From the NCBI RefSeq assembly GCF_009914755.1, contig NC_060928.1: a stretch of DNA of 64,000 nucleotides; one strand, written 5' to 3'. A program made the position numbers and the translations under genes. The notes beneath the pieces were generated by a model. It searched no databases, was not told the DNA's origin, and saw only the letters and a list, made by a program, of their open reading frames with translations. This DNA is from the human T2T-CHM13v2.0 reference genome, Homo sapiens. Positions 1-12,674 of the stretch are shown here, piece by piece (the stretch's first letter is position 1; each line of letters opens with the position of its first letter).

Positions 1-3000
1 CCTCACCAATAAAGAAAGACATTCTGACCTTGAATGACGTTAATACTCATAATAATAAACCATATAAACTAGGAGATGGCCTTAACAGTTCCAGAGAAAA
101 TCCTAACATGTCTAGAGATGATGGTACCTTATTAATTGCTAATTCCTCTACCATTATGAAGTCGGTTGCCCCTTTCATTCATTCTCAAGCAACAAACTTG
201 GTGAAAAAGAACTCTTTGGCAGAGGTCCCAAAACTTGTTTTTATAATAAGGCTACCCCAGAAGCTTTGACAATAGCCATCATCACTGTCTCTCAAGGAAA
301 TGACACCATATTTTATATCCCAATAAATGAATTGGAAAACTTTTTCAAAGAAGATATAATATTGAACTATGAAGCAGTTTCCCAAAATGAGGTAAGCATT
401 ATGGTAGAAGAAGAAGACACACTTGAAAAAGGAAATGTCAGGGATTATATTTATGCTATACCTATTGCAGGTGACAATGTTCCTAAAGGTAACAACTTGT
501 CAGCTGAACAGTATTCTATCAACTGTAATACATATGACTCCACTACATTCAGAGGAACAACCAAAGGCAGAGCTGACCGACCTGAATTTGAGAATTCTTC
601 ATCATCTTATAAGGCTGAAATCTCAAAACCTCTACTTGGAAAATTTACTCCCAAAGTTCAAAGAAAAGTGATTGTAAGAAATAGCAATAGCGGTTCTGAT
701 CATGATACATCCTTTGGTGGTGATATACTTTATCCAATAATGAAAGAAAATGTCCCAGAAGGATATATCTATTCTCCTGAAAGAGACTTTACCATTACAA
801 CATCAGATTTTAGTATTCCAATGAAAAATAATGTAAATCCTGCTCTGGAAGGTACTGCATTACTCAGTAAAGGAACTTTCAGCAATCATTATTCATCCTA
901 TACTGATGAGCAAAGTGATCCAGCAACAGGAAAAGACAAAATTGCTACAGGTATCATAACAAACTCTCATACAGGCATCATACCTGTGACTTCCTTCACT
1001 ACTGTTCCTTCTAAAGACATAAATAAGGAAAACTATTACCATATATCTGAAACAGGCACTCCTCTCTCACTGGAATATGAAAACAAAATAAGAGATGATT
1101 CCCTTATTTTTCAGCTTGGGACTACTCTGGCAAAGGAAAATAATGTGGATAATATGGATTTGGTCATCATGGAACCTGATGAAAGTAGCTCTGAATATAT
1201 TTCAAATAAGTATGTCTTTGAAATAGAAAATGAAGAAAATAGCCCTATTGTAAATGCTATTTCATTTACACATGAACCCAGTAGATTTCTATCACATATA
1301 CCCTTCTCCAATCATGAGGCCTCAAGGAGTCTTCTGTATCAAATAACTCACCCTGAGTTTGAAACTAAAGAAAAATACCAAACCATTATTATTAAAGAAG
1401 AAAGCTCTGACTCTAGTATTGTTGCCTCTTCTTTCAAAGATTATACCAAAAACTTCAACACTCAGCATCCGAAAACCATGGCTCCTTCCCTAATTGATGC
1501 AGGTGAGACTTCTTTTCCTGAGTTTCTAGAAAGAACATCTGCAGGAAAGGACACTCTAAGTGCAGATGATGCCACCATCATTTTCCCTGAAGTTTCTGGT
1601 TTAGAAAATGAAAAAATCAAGTATTTCTTTGTACCTCACATGGAGACAATTGTTACCATGGGAGAGGGCAGGACATTGGGTGCTATCCCTACTGATCATA
1701 GTGTGGTGACTACCCCCATAAAAACTCAAGGTCATTTCTACAGGAAAGGCATTTCATCCAATATTCCTGACACAGCTGCCCTGCAGTTGGCAGACATCAT
1801 CACACTGGAGAAATCCAAACTCAATGAAGATGAAATGGATTTAGCTGAAGTGACCCCTTCAAAGGATCATGATAACCCATTGGCTCAGGTTGTTGCCTAC
1901 CAAGTGGGGACTATCTCTGATGTCAGTAAAATTACCAACAGTATAATCAAAGCAAATTCAATTACTTCTCTTAATCTGGTTAATGACACCAAAATGCCAC
2001 CAAAGGCCAGCATTGTTTCACTTAATGCCCCTGCCTTTGAGTCTGACAGCAATGACAATAATGTCACTACCATGCCTAAGGTAGATGGTGTCAGCTCCAT
2101 AAAATTAAGATTTCTATTAATTCCCTATCAAAAAGTAACTAGAATGGCACTTCCTCTTGGTGAAAATGATGAATCTTTATCTGATACACTGGTGACATTA
2201 GAGGTATCAGAGCCACTGGGAGAACACTCTACCATCACCAACCAAAACTGGGAAATCACCAAAGCACAAAGTGCCTTTCAGCCTTTTCCCATGGTCTTTC
2301 CTATTCCTCTGGTAGATCCTGCTACTTTTTCAGAGAAACCCATAAATGTAGCCACTGACATACCTACCACTGAAAATGAGGTCATTAATGATAAAACTAA
2401 CACCAGGGTCTTTTCACCTAATATGGTCCTTCAACCTGTAATCCACAAAAATGAAGGAATAAATAAAACTCCTAACTATGATGTAAATCAAGCAGTTATT
2501 AAATTTTCTGCAAAAGAAATTGCTACTGCAGGAACTAAGGCTAATGCATTCCTCAATAGCAATAAGGCTGTTGCAGAAGATGAATTCTATATTTCTGAAG
2601 CCAATATTCCAGTGAACTTAAGAGATATAAATGCAGTGGGAGTTGATCCTTTCATCCTTAAGCCTGATGCGGCTTCTGCTGAACAGAAAGCACCTGAAAA
2701 TTCCAAAGAAACATTTTACCTTGCTTCCACAATGAGCACAACAAAGCAGACAAAGATCAGGGTTAGGGGCTCATTTTCTCTTGATAATGATTACTTAGAG
2801 AGGTCCATCACAAACTCTTATGATAAAGTGTATCAACTACCCCTGAAATCAACTCTTTTGCCCACTAATTTTATTGAAATCTATAATTCTGAACTTGCTT
2901 CAGCACTCATTATAGGAGAGAGCAACATAATGACTGATGACTTTATCATATCTAATGATATAATTGGTCTATCTGACGAAGAAACCATTTCACCTGACAA

Positions 3001-6000
3001 TGTCATCTTTATTGAAAACATGAACAACATAAATGTAAAGAGATATGTAGCTTCTGTAGAAAAAGATAATGTAACTCCATATGAAGTAATTTCTTTCACA
3101 AATGACTTGTCAGCAGAGCCAGATGTGTTTTTTCCAACAGGGAAAAACAATCCAAATAATATGGATCTAATTACCACTGGGCTCGATGATGGTTCTCTGG
3201 ACTATGTGTCAGAGAGAAATGCATTTTATATTGGAAAAGAAGGAAAGAGCCCCAAATCAAAAATACCTACCTTTGCTCAAGACAAAAATCTACAGAGTAT
3301 TTGGATCTCATACTCCCTTATCTACTGCACATGTCACTGAGAATCCATTGAAAGGAAATCCTGCAGAACTCAAAACTAAACAAAAATACCAAATGTTGAG
3401 CTCCAGAGAAGTAAACCCTGATTCTGACAAAGGTTATTTCTTTCTCAAAGATTATATTGCCAAGCCCTATGGAAAGTCACCCAGAATGATGATTCACCCC
3501 CTAGTAGATGAAAATAGAAATTTTTCTTCAAAGTTTTCAGATGATAAAACTCTGGAAGGCAACAGCCCAAGTGGAAGCGACATCATGATTATTCTTCATG
3601 ATGGTAAATAGATTGAACATATTCACATTCCAGATCCAGGAGCAATGGTAACCAGAGGAGAAAGCAGGACATTGCCAAGTGAAATCACTGATCTCACCAT
3701 GAGCTCAACTCCAGTCGTAAACAGAGACCACTCCTACAGGAGAAACACCTCATCCACTGCTTTTAACATCCTGAGGAGAGCCAAAGCCACCATGTCACCC
3801 AACTCTGAGTATCATAAGAATAAAACTTTCAAGGCAGAGAGTTACCATTCATAGGATGTCACTATTCCTTCAGTTGCATTTAATGTCAACCTTGATAATG
3901 AACTTCCCTTTGTTGATGAAGATTCTGAAGCTAAAAAACACAAGGACTCAACATCTTCTTCACTGATGGAAACGACTCACACTATGGCTGATACTACTCC
4001 TTTTTTCCATGAGAACAGTTATGAAGGGAGTGATTATATGCAATCTGATGAATACAATGTATTGTCTAGAGAATTCCCCTTTCTACAAGCAACTGAAAGT
4101 GTAATCCTCAGCCCTAATGCCTTTACTGACAATTCTGTCCTAATGAGAGATAACTCCTTGGCTGACTCTTCAGTGTCAATATCAGTAGTATCAGAGGCAG
4201 TGACCGAATACCTTGATGTCATTAATGGAACTGATATTTCAGAAAATCAGGTCCTTAAAATTCAAACAGACCTTCAGCCCCACTCCTCGGACCCAATTAT
4301 TCCTTCTACAAGTTCAACAACTATTAACAGGAATTCAACAAATGGTGATGTTGATTCATTATCCACTGTGAAGAGAGAAACTGTTGGGATTTCTAAATTT
4401 AAGACAGATGCTCATTCTTTGGGTATAATTATGAGAATACTTTCACCCAAACAAATGCACCCTTTCCCTTCCAAAATAAAAGAAATGGCTAAGCACTCTG
4501 TTGAGGAAGACACAGCTTCTAAATTCAACCTAAGTGATGTTACAAATGTAACAATCATCATTCCAACTTTGGAAAAAGCACTTCCTTTAACCTTTGAGAC
4601 CAGCACACTTCGGAAGAGCAATAACAGTGAGGAGGAGGAAGTTATTATTTCTGAAGCAGACAATATTTTTTTAGGAAATTCAAGTACTTTGAAAGATAAT
4701 TTTTTCACTGGTAAATTTAATATTTCTGCTGGACCCAAACTTCTTCCCAACTTAAAAATAATCTTTTCTGCTGATCCCACCATGTCTATGGAGAAGACTT
4801 TAAAGCTTAAGTCTAACAACTTTGCTCCTCCAGATAAAGACACAGGCTCAGAAGTTTTGTTCCATAATTCTTCCACTGGATCACACGGCCAAGCATGGAA
4901 ATCAACCCTTTCTCCTTCTGGTTTCACATCAACAGTGAGGTCATCTAAATATTCAGAACTTGATCCATTTGTCAAAATGAAAAATGATGCTACAACAAAG
5001 ACTAATAATTTTCCATTTGAGGAAAGAAATACTTCAACTCATAAAATCATCATTTCACCTGGTACCAATACTCCAACAACAGGAACACTGAATACTATTT
5101 TTAGTAAAAGATTTCCACACAGAAACTTTGCAGAGAAAGATACAATCCTATTACAGAAAACATATTAGATATTACTTTAGGTGAAAATATTCCAAATAAT
5201 GACCATGTAATAATCACTGTGCTTGATGACAGAGCTTTTGAGAATGTCACAAATGAATATGTCCTGGAACAACAGGAGAGAAAATACAACCCTATTATTA
5301 AAAAAAACTCCTCTCACTTACAACCTCAAACTATTTGGATCTCATGCATTCTACTCTAGTGCTGATGCCTCTGGACATCTATCTCAAGGAGCCCTAACTG
5401 TGACCAATACTAAAGACATACTGCAAAATTTGGTGTCTAGAGAAGAGCACAACAGTTCTGACCTTGATGATATTGTTCTCAAAATTTCCACTGGCAATTT
5501 GAGTTTTGAGGCTCCCAGCTCTATGACTCATCCCCTAACTCACACAAGTGAGAATTGTTACAAATTTCTAGGTAAAACCATTCTGGGCAGGGACACCCTA
5601 AGAGAATTTATATCATCACCATTGTCCCTGAAGACAAAAAGATGGAGTACACCCTTGTTCCAGACCCAGGAATAACAGCAACCATGGAAGAGGGAAGGAT
5701 GTTCCCAGATGAAACCATGGATCCCATTGTGATCCACTCTCCATCAAAAAATAAAAACCTGTTCTACAGGAAAGCCATTTCATCTGCTATTTATAAAACT
5801 GATATTCAACAAAGAGCAAAAAAATCTTACCATTCAGAGTAAACAATGTTGGAGGGAAAATTAATGTGACAGACATGACACACTCACAGGACACCAATTT
5901 TCCTTTGGCTGAGTTCATTGTCACTCTGATAGTGAACTTCCCTTCATTGATGAAGATACTGAAGTTTTAAATAGCAGAGCTTCAATCTCTCACCTATAAA

Positions 6001-9000
6001 TGCAATCCTTACTGTGGATGATACTATTCTTCTCTTCACTGAGGGTGGTTATGAAGAAGGTAATTCTAGCCCACCTGGAGAACACAATGTTAGGTCTACA
6101 GGATTCTTAGCTCTACAAATTCCTGGAAAAGCCATACTAATTCCTAAACTATCAATGGAAAACCTTGAAATATCTGGCCCAGTAACTAACAAATAACCCC
6201 TTGATTAATTATTCAATTGCATGGTCAGAGATGCTTGAGACAATGATTGAATATGCTAATTTTATTAAAGGTAGTGATATTTTCATTACAAACCAAATGG
6301 ACTTCAAGCCTCACTCCTTGGCCTCAACTAAATTTCCAACTGCAGACAATTCTACAAACAATGAATTTGATTCACCATCTTCTGTAAACAGAGAAACTAC
6401 CAACATTCCTAAAACTGAAACAGATGAAACATATTCTGAACTTCAGAGAATAATAAAAGCCTTTTCTCCTACAAGAATCTCTCAGCATAGGATCTATAAA
6501 GAAAGGAAAATAACCAATCCCTCTGATCAAGACGATCCAGCTGCTAAATTTGATATAAGTCACATTACAAATACAACAGATCTCAGTCTAGCTATGGAGA
6601 AACCCCTTCCCTCAGTTACTGAGCTTAATAGCCTCTCCACAAGTGACAACAATGTGAAAAAGAAAGTTTATATTTCTGAAGCAGGTAATTTTCTTCCAAA
6701 CGATGCAAGTACATTGAAAGATAATTCTTTCCCTGTTAAATTTGATGTTACTTTTGCTAAATCTGATACATCCCAATTTAAAAGGAATCTCTTCAATTGA
6801 TTCCATATTAACTTTTCCAGAAGTATCTAGGTCTAATGATCAAAGCTCTTCTCCTGAAGTCACTACCAAAGAAGGGACCATTATAGACACTCCCACTGGA
6901 ACTTATGGCCTACCATGGAAATCAACTCTTCTTCCTTCTAATTTCACAACATTAACGAGTTCTTCTAAGGACTGTGAATTTAATCCAGTTATCAAAATGA
7001 AAAAAGACACCACAACAACTAATAACAATATTACACCTGGAGAAAGGAATTCTTCATCTGACAAATTCAAACTTTCACCTGCTACCATTATTTCAACAAA
7101 AGGTATGAAAAATATTATTTATAATAGTAGATATGGGGACAAGACATTTATAGAGAAAGATATATCAATTGAAGTAGTTCCTTTTATAGAAAACATTTCA
7201 AAAGAGACAAATGACACCCCTTTGGCAGATGGAAATATTCCAAATAATGAGAATATGATAACTATTATGCCTGTTGACAGTGCCCTTGAATATGATGAAG
7301 ATAATGATGTCTTTGCACCAGTGGAGAAAAGAAGTGTTCTCCTTATAGAAGAGACCATAGTCACTAATAATTCCAATGCACTTGAGTCCCATGAATTCTA
7401 TGCCGGTGCTGCAGCCTCTGAAACTTTTTCTCAAGGAACTCCAATTGATATCAGTACCAGAAAAAAACACCAAATCTTGATCTTCAAAGAGGAAAATCCT
7501 AACAATGATATTACTGTTCTCAAAGGTTCTACTGCCAATTTTAACACCAAGACTCCAAGGTTCATGATTTATTCTCTAACTGATCCAAGTTGGAATTTTT
7601 TTGCCTGAATTTCTAGATGAAATAAATCTGAAAAATCATCCTCTAATTGGAGACAACACCATCGTCATTCTCCCTAAAAGCAAAAAAATGAAGTACCCTC
7701 TTGTTTTAGAACTAGAACTAATGTCAACAATGGGAGAGAGCAAGATGTTCACAGCTGATTCCATTGATCCTGTCATGATCACCATTCCTACAGAATACAG
7801 GGACCTGTTCAATAGGAAAGATTTCACCTGCTTTTTATAACAGTGTTGCCCCAAATGTAGCAAAGGCCACCATATCGGCCAGATTTGATCCAAATAAACT
7901 GAAAACAAATTTGGCAGATGCACTCCATTCACAGAGCAGCATTATTCCTTTGATTGAGGTCAATGTCATTCCTGATGACAATCTGTCCTTCATCAGTAAA
8001 GATACTAAAGAGGCAAACAACAGAGCTTCAATTATTTTTACATCTATGAATGAGCCAACCAGCACTGTGGTGGATTTCACTGTTCCTTCCACTGAAGGCA
8101 GTTATGTGAGTGGTGATTTTATGTTACCTGGAGAAGATAATGTTAAGTCTAGAGGATTCCAATCTCTGCTGAGAACCAACATGCTCCTTCCTGATTCCTT
8201 AAATGAAAATCCAGAAACCCCTGGCCTAATGAGAGATAACTCCTTTTCTGAATCTTCAATAACTAGGTCAGAAGAGTTAGAAAGAGCAACTGAATATGTT
8301 GGTGCCATTAATGGAGGCAATGTCCCAGAGAAGCAGGTTATAATAACTCAAACCAACATTCATTCCTATCCCTTGGCTTGGCAAGTTTCTCCAATTGAAT
8401 CCACATTTTCAAATAATCCCACAGATAGTGAAATTAACTTTTCTTTCTCTGTGAATGGAAATACTCCTGGAAATTATGAAACTGAGACTGATGAAATATA
8501 TTCCAAATCTCAAAGAGCAATAGAGAAAGCCTTTTCCCAGATAAAAGAGTCTCAAAATAGTGTCTACAAGATAAGAAAAATAGCTAATCTTTCTGATCAA
8601 GAAGATCCAGCTACTATGTTTAAATTAAGTCACTTTACAAATACAACAGTTCTCATTCCAGCTATATGGAAAATCCCTCCTTCAGCAACCAAGCTCAATC
8701 TTCTCTCCAACAGTGACAGTGATGTTGATGAAGAATTCCATATGTCTGAAGCAGGAAACTCATTTTCAGAAGATACCAGCAAACTAAAAGATGATTCTTT
8801 CACTGTGGAATTTGATGATACTTCTTTCAAATCTCAAGCACCTCCCAATTTAAAAGGAATCTCCTCAGTTTATTCCACATCAACTCTTTCAGAAGCATCT
8901 AGACCTAATGATCAAAGCTCTGCCTTTCATATTAGAGTCTCTAACACAGGCAGGTCCAGCACAAACACTCCAGCAAGATTACATGGCCTGCAATGGAGAC

Positions 9001-12000
9001 CAACTCTTCCTTCTGATTTCACAACATCCATGGATGCTCCCATATATTATGAACTCACTCCTGTTACCATCATGGGAAAAGATATCACAAAGAAGATTGA
9101 TTATAGCTTTCTACCTGAGGAAACAATTATTCCATCTGACCAAGTTATCATTTTGCCTATTACCATTACCTCTGAAAACTCCATGGCAAGCACTTTTAAA
9201 GAGAACATATTTAAGCACAAAGATTTTATAGACAGTGAGCAAGCTGCTGAGTATGAAAAAAATTATTTTATAAAAGACATTTCAGAAAGGATGGATGATA
9301 TTTCTTCGGAAGGCAAAATCACTCCAGCATATGTGGATGATATAATTACTACGTCTGATGACAGTGGTTCTGAATATGTCTCAGATAACTCTGTCTTGGA
9401 ATTAGAGGATAAAGCAAATAATTCCTTTATAAAAATGAGTACACTCAGATATTCCCCTAAGATGCATAGGTCTCAAGCACTATATACCACAGTGGCTGCT
9501 TCAGATAGTCTCTCTAAAGCAACATCATCAGAGTTCGAAGCTAAAGAAAAGTACCAAGCTATAATTCCTAAATAGAAAAACAAGAACTTTGACATCGAGG
9601 CCATTCTTTTCAAAGATCCCTATGCCAATGTCAAAACCAAAGCTCATAGACCCACAACTCACTTCCTAACCAATGCAAGTGAGAAGGCTTCTAGATTTTA
9701 TGACAAAACATCTGTCAAAAAAAGGCACCATAAATGGTGATGATGACATCATAATTCCCTCTGAATGCTCTGACTTTGGAAATAAAATAATTGAGTATTC
9801 CATTTTTTCATACGTGAAACCTGTAGTTGACAACAGAAAATTCACAACTGATACTACTAATCATGCTATCAAAAGTAGTTATAACTTGTTCAGGAAAAAC
9901 ATATCACCTGCCATTTATAAGACATTTACACCCAGTAGGGCAGACACTATCACATCCAGTATACCTGATTTTGCTGAAGATGAAACAAGTGTAGCTGCAG
10001 CATCTGATTGAAGGTTTAGTGGTTTTCCTTTAGCTTAGCTTTCTAGTGATGACATTTCCAATATGGATGAAAACCCAGCTCTTACTTTTTCTCCTTTGAG
10101 AAAGATGTCGTCCATTAAACCAAATGTTCCTGCTATCTCCACTGAGGACAGAAATAACATGGCCTTTCTAGCCTTCCATCAGAGAGTGTCATGTCTCTAA
10201 AACCTACGTCTGTTGGAGTACCTGAAACTCTCATCTTAACTGCTAATTCTCGTACTAAAGACACTGCAGCTCCCAGACTTGCAAAAAGTGAAAACTTACA
10301 TCATCATCCAACAATGTTAATTTCAACAGCATCGGAGCCTATGCCAACATATTTCGCTTACTTTAAGGAAGGTATTATCTCAGGAAGGCAAAACATTAAA
10401 AGTCAAATTGTTCTGAATGCTCTTCCATTGGTCTGTATTGTTCTCCAAGCTGCTTCCACTGACTCTTCAGACAATACTGGAGATGTCAAACCTAACACAT
10501 CTGCTACTCTTATTACCAGGTACAAAATTTTTGATATTGATGCCTCTGCCATTTGAAATTCAGAACCTAAGAAAACAAGCACCAAGTTTTCTGCTTTTGT
10601 TCCTAATGAATATGATGATCCGAATTTCTATCACACAAGAGAAATAGCTAAAGCTTCTACAGAGAAAAACACAGCTAGTGAATTTTAAGTCAATCACCTT
10701 ATAAATGTAAATATAATAACAGGAAATGATCTAGTTATCCAGATGGAAACAAACTCTATACAAAATGGCATTTTTAAAGCCTGTTTCTAAGGACTCTTTT
10801 CCTAGTCAAGTATCCCTGAAAAATCATAGATGTGCCAAATGACCTTCCTGGGGTTTTATTAAGAAATCTTCCTTTATTAGCAGTTTTCATGTTTTCACTT
10901 AAATGTAAGGAATATACTCTGGAACACATGTCAATAGATATAAATTTAATACTTTCCTTGGAAAAGACAAAATGTTTCAATTAGTGTAATAGATACTCCA
11001 ACAATGGAAGAAATTACTATTCAGATTAAATAAAACTTATCTATAGAATCTGATTCTTTGTCCTTTAGTCAGATAATGTCTTCAATGGGAATGATCGTTT
11101 GGTCAAAAATGAGTATATTATTATGTATTCCCTGGAGCACATAACTTCAGTTTCATCCTCAAGAGTGCTAAAATTCCTGCAGTTCCACCAGGATTTTCAC
11201 CATATGCTTTCTTCTCTTTGATGGATGACACATAGTCAATCTGAAGTGTTCTTTTGAAGGGCAATGTTTTAGAAAACATAGATAATGTGAATAGCATTCC
11301 CCTTAGAGAAGGAATAATTATGCTGCAATCAATGTGATCCTACCTCACAGCTATACTAGTGGAAGCAGAGTTAATGTGATCACAAAATTAATGCCTGAAA
11401 TTAAAGACTATTTGACAAATTAATATCAATGAAGATGATGTAATTATTTAAACTGACATATCTAATTGGAGATGAAGCGCTCATAAAAGTAAACATTTTA
11501 TAGCTTATTCCAACTCTCTTCATCATAACAAATACCTAGTCTTACAAGATATCTTCCAGCAAATATACAGCTAACCTCACCATCTTTTCTTTTCCTTTTT
11601 GTACACACAAAAAAAAACTTCACCAAAGTAGGTACCAAATCTTCTGTTTACAGCATGCTTTATTCTGAATTAAGCTTTATAAAAACTAAATGATAGGGGA
11701 CAAAAATAGAGGTTAAGAAAATCCTCCCACTAAGTAAGCTTACTGAGAGAATGACTGTCCCTGTGGCATTCTTTACTGGCCCAGGAACTGATGGTATTTC
11801 TGTTTAGAAACATATTTTTATAGAGAATTATGATATATCTGCAACCAGGCTAATCGTCTAAGACAGAAAGCTGAAAACTTTGAAGTTGAGTCCATATTTA
11901 ATAAATAATAACTATTTGTCCTTGAGATGGAACCCACTATTCAGGCTGATGTTGCTGCCCTTTCTCAGATTTAGTTGTGTCTGAGTATGAAAATTCAATT

Positions 12001-12385
12001 TCTTCTAACAACACTGGAAAAAGACTCATTCTAGCATTAACACTAAACTGCAATCTGCTTTCATTTAATTAGCTAAACCTTAAGGTTGATAACACAAGGA
12101 TGTTTGATACAATTAACGTTATTATTAAAAATACTCCCTCTGAAATTGAGAATATAATTCTTAAAAATAATGCAGTTATCCACATCTTGATTCTTGTTTC
12201 TGGGTGAATTTTGACACATGACACCAGCTCCCTGCCACTGACAACCCTCCCTGTCTTCTGGGTTAAAATAACAGCCTGCAGAAAAAACATTCCTAAAACA
12301 ATTTTAACCTACAAAACTTGAGACTCTCACTATTACTCAAGTAAATTCAAGAAGAAGTAAGAAATACAATGAAAAAGAGAACACT
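1..12385 (+). pseudogene. Decayed giant single-exon ORF, Ser/Thr/Asp/Glu-rich, made of diverged ~2.04-kb tandem modules; starts upstream of the window
   Basis: Chain of same-strand ORFs (30-269, 266-3340 [1024 aa], 3186-3611, 3966-5168, 5223-5675, 6201-6800, 6742-7608, 7911-9575, 9673-10011, 10191-10556) broken by frameshifts and stops. Motifs recur at ~2 kb spacing. No recognisable transposon inside. The 10.6-12.4 kb part is more decayed and less certain. Confidence 0.75.
266..3340 (+). CDS. 1024-codon open segment of the giant S/T/acidic relic ORF (translation unproven)
   Basis: 3 kb stop-free frame in AT-rich DNA; low-complexity, CABS1-like composition; first in-frame ATG near 401; ends through an apparent frameshift near 3285. 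Confidence 0.45.
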   Translation: MTIAIITVSQGNDTIFYIPINELENFFKEDIILNYEAVSQNEVSIMVEEEDTLEKGNVRDYIYAIPIAGDNVPKGNNLSAEQYSINCNTYDSTTFRGTTKGRADRPEFENSSSSYKAEISKPLLGKFTPKVQRKVIVRNSNSGSDHDTSFGGDILYPIMKENVPEGYIYSPERDFTITTSDFSIPMKNNVNPALEGTALLSKGTFSNHYSSYTDEQSDPATGKDKIATGIITNSHTGIIPVTSFTTVPSKDINKENYYHISETGTPLSLEYENKIRDDSLIFQLGTTLAKENNVDNMDLVIMEPDESSSEYISNKYVFEIENEENSPIVNAISFTHEPSRFLSHIPFSNHEASRSLLYQITHPEFETKEKYQTIIIKEESSDSSIVASSFKDYTKNFNTQHPKTMAPSLIDAGETSFPEFLERTSAGKDTLSADDATIIFPEVSGLENEKIKYFFVPHMETIVTMGEGRTLGAIPTDHSVVTTPIKTQGHFYRKGISSNIPDTAALQLADIITLEKSKLNEDEMDLAEVTPSKDHDNPLAQVVAYQVGTISDVSKITNSIIKANSITSLNLVNDTKMPPKASIVSLNAPAFESDSNDNNVTTMPKVDGVSSIKLRFLLIPYQKVTRMALPLGENDESLSDTLVTLEVSEPLGEHSTITNQNWEITKAQSAFQPFPMVFPIPLVDPATFSEKPINVATDIPTTENEVINDKTNTRVFSPNMVLQPVIHKNEGINKTPNYDVNQAVIKFSAKEIATAGTKANAFLNSNKAVAEDEFYISEANIPVNLRDINAVGVDPFILKPDAASAEQKAPENSKETFYLASTMSTTKQTKIRVRGSFSLDNDYLERSITNSYDKVYQLPLKSTLLPTNFIEIYNSELASALIIGESNIMTDDFIISNDIIGLSDEETISPDNVIFIENMNNINVKRYVASVEKDNVTPYEVISFTNDLSAEPDVFFPTGKNNPNNMDLITTGLDDGSLDYVSERNAFYIGKEGKSPKSKIPTFAQDKNLQSIWISYSLIYCTCH

Positions 12386-12674
12386 AAAGACCCAAACAGG
12401 AGCAGTGGTTCTCCCAGCACGCAGCTGGAGATCTGAGAACGGGCAGACTGCCTCCTCAAGTGGGTCCCTGACCCCTGACCCCCGAGCAGCCTAACTGGGA
12501 GGCACCCCCCAGCAGGGGCACACTGACACCTCACATGGCAGTGTATTCCAACAGACCTGCAGCTGAGGGTCCTGTCTGTTAGAAGGAAAACTAACAACCA
12601 GAAAGGACATCTACACCGAAAACCCATCTGTACATCACCATCATCAAAGACCAAAAGTAGATAAAACCACAAAG

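Noticed and set aside
4412-4975. Minus-strand ORFs over the giant relic (also 18569-19603 over CABS1 and 50134-50476 over SMR3A)
   Set aside because: Antisense shadows of compositionally biased + strand frames
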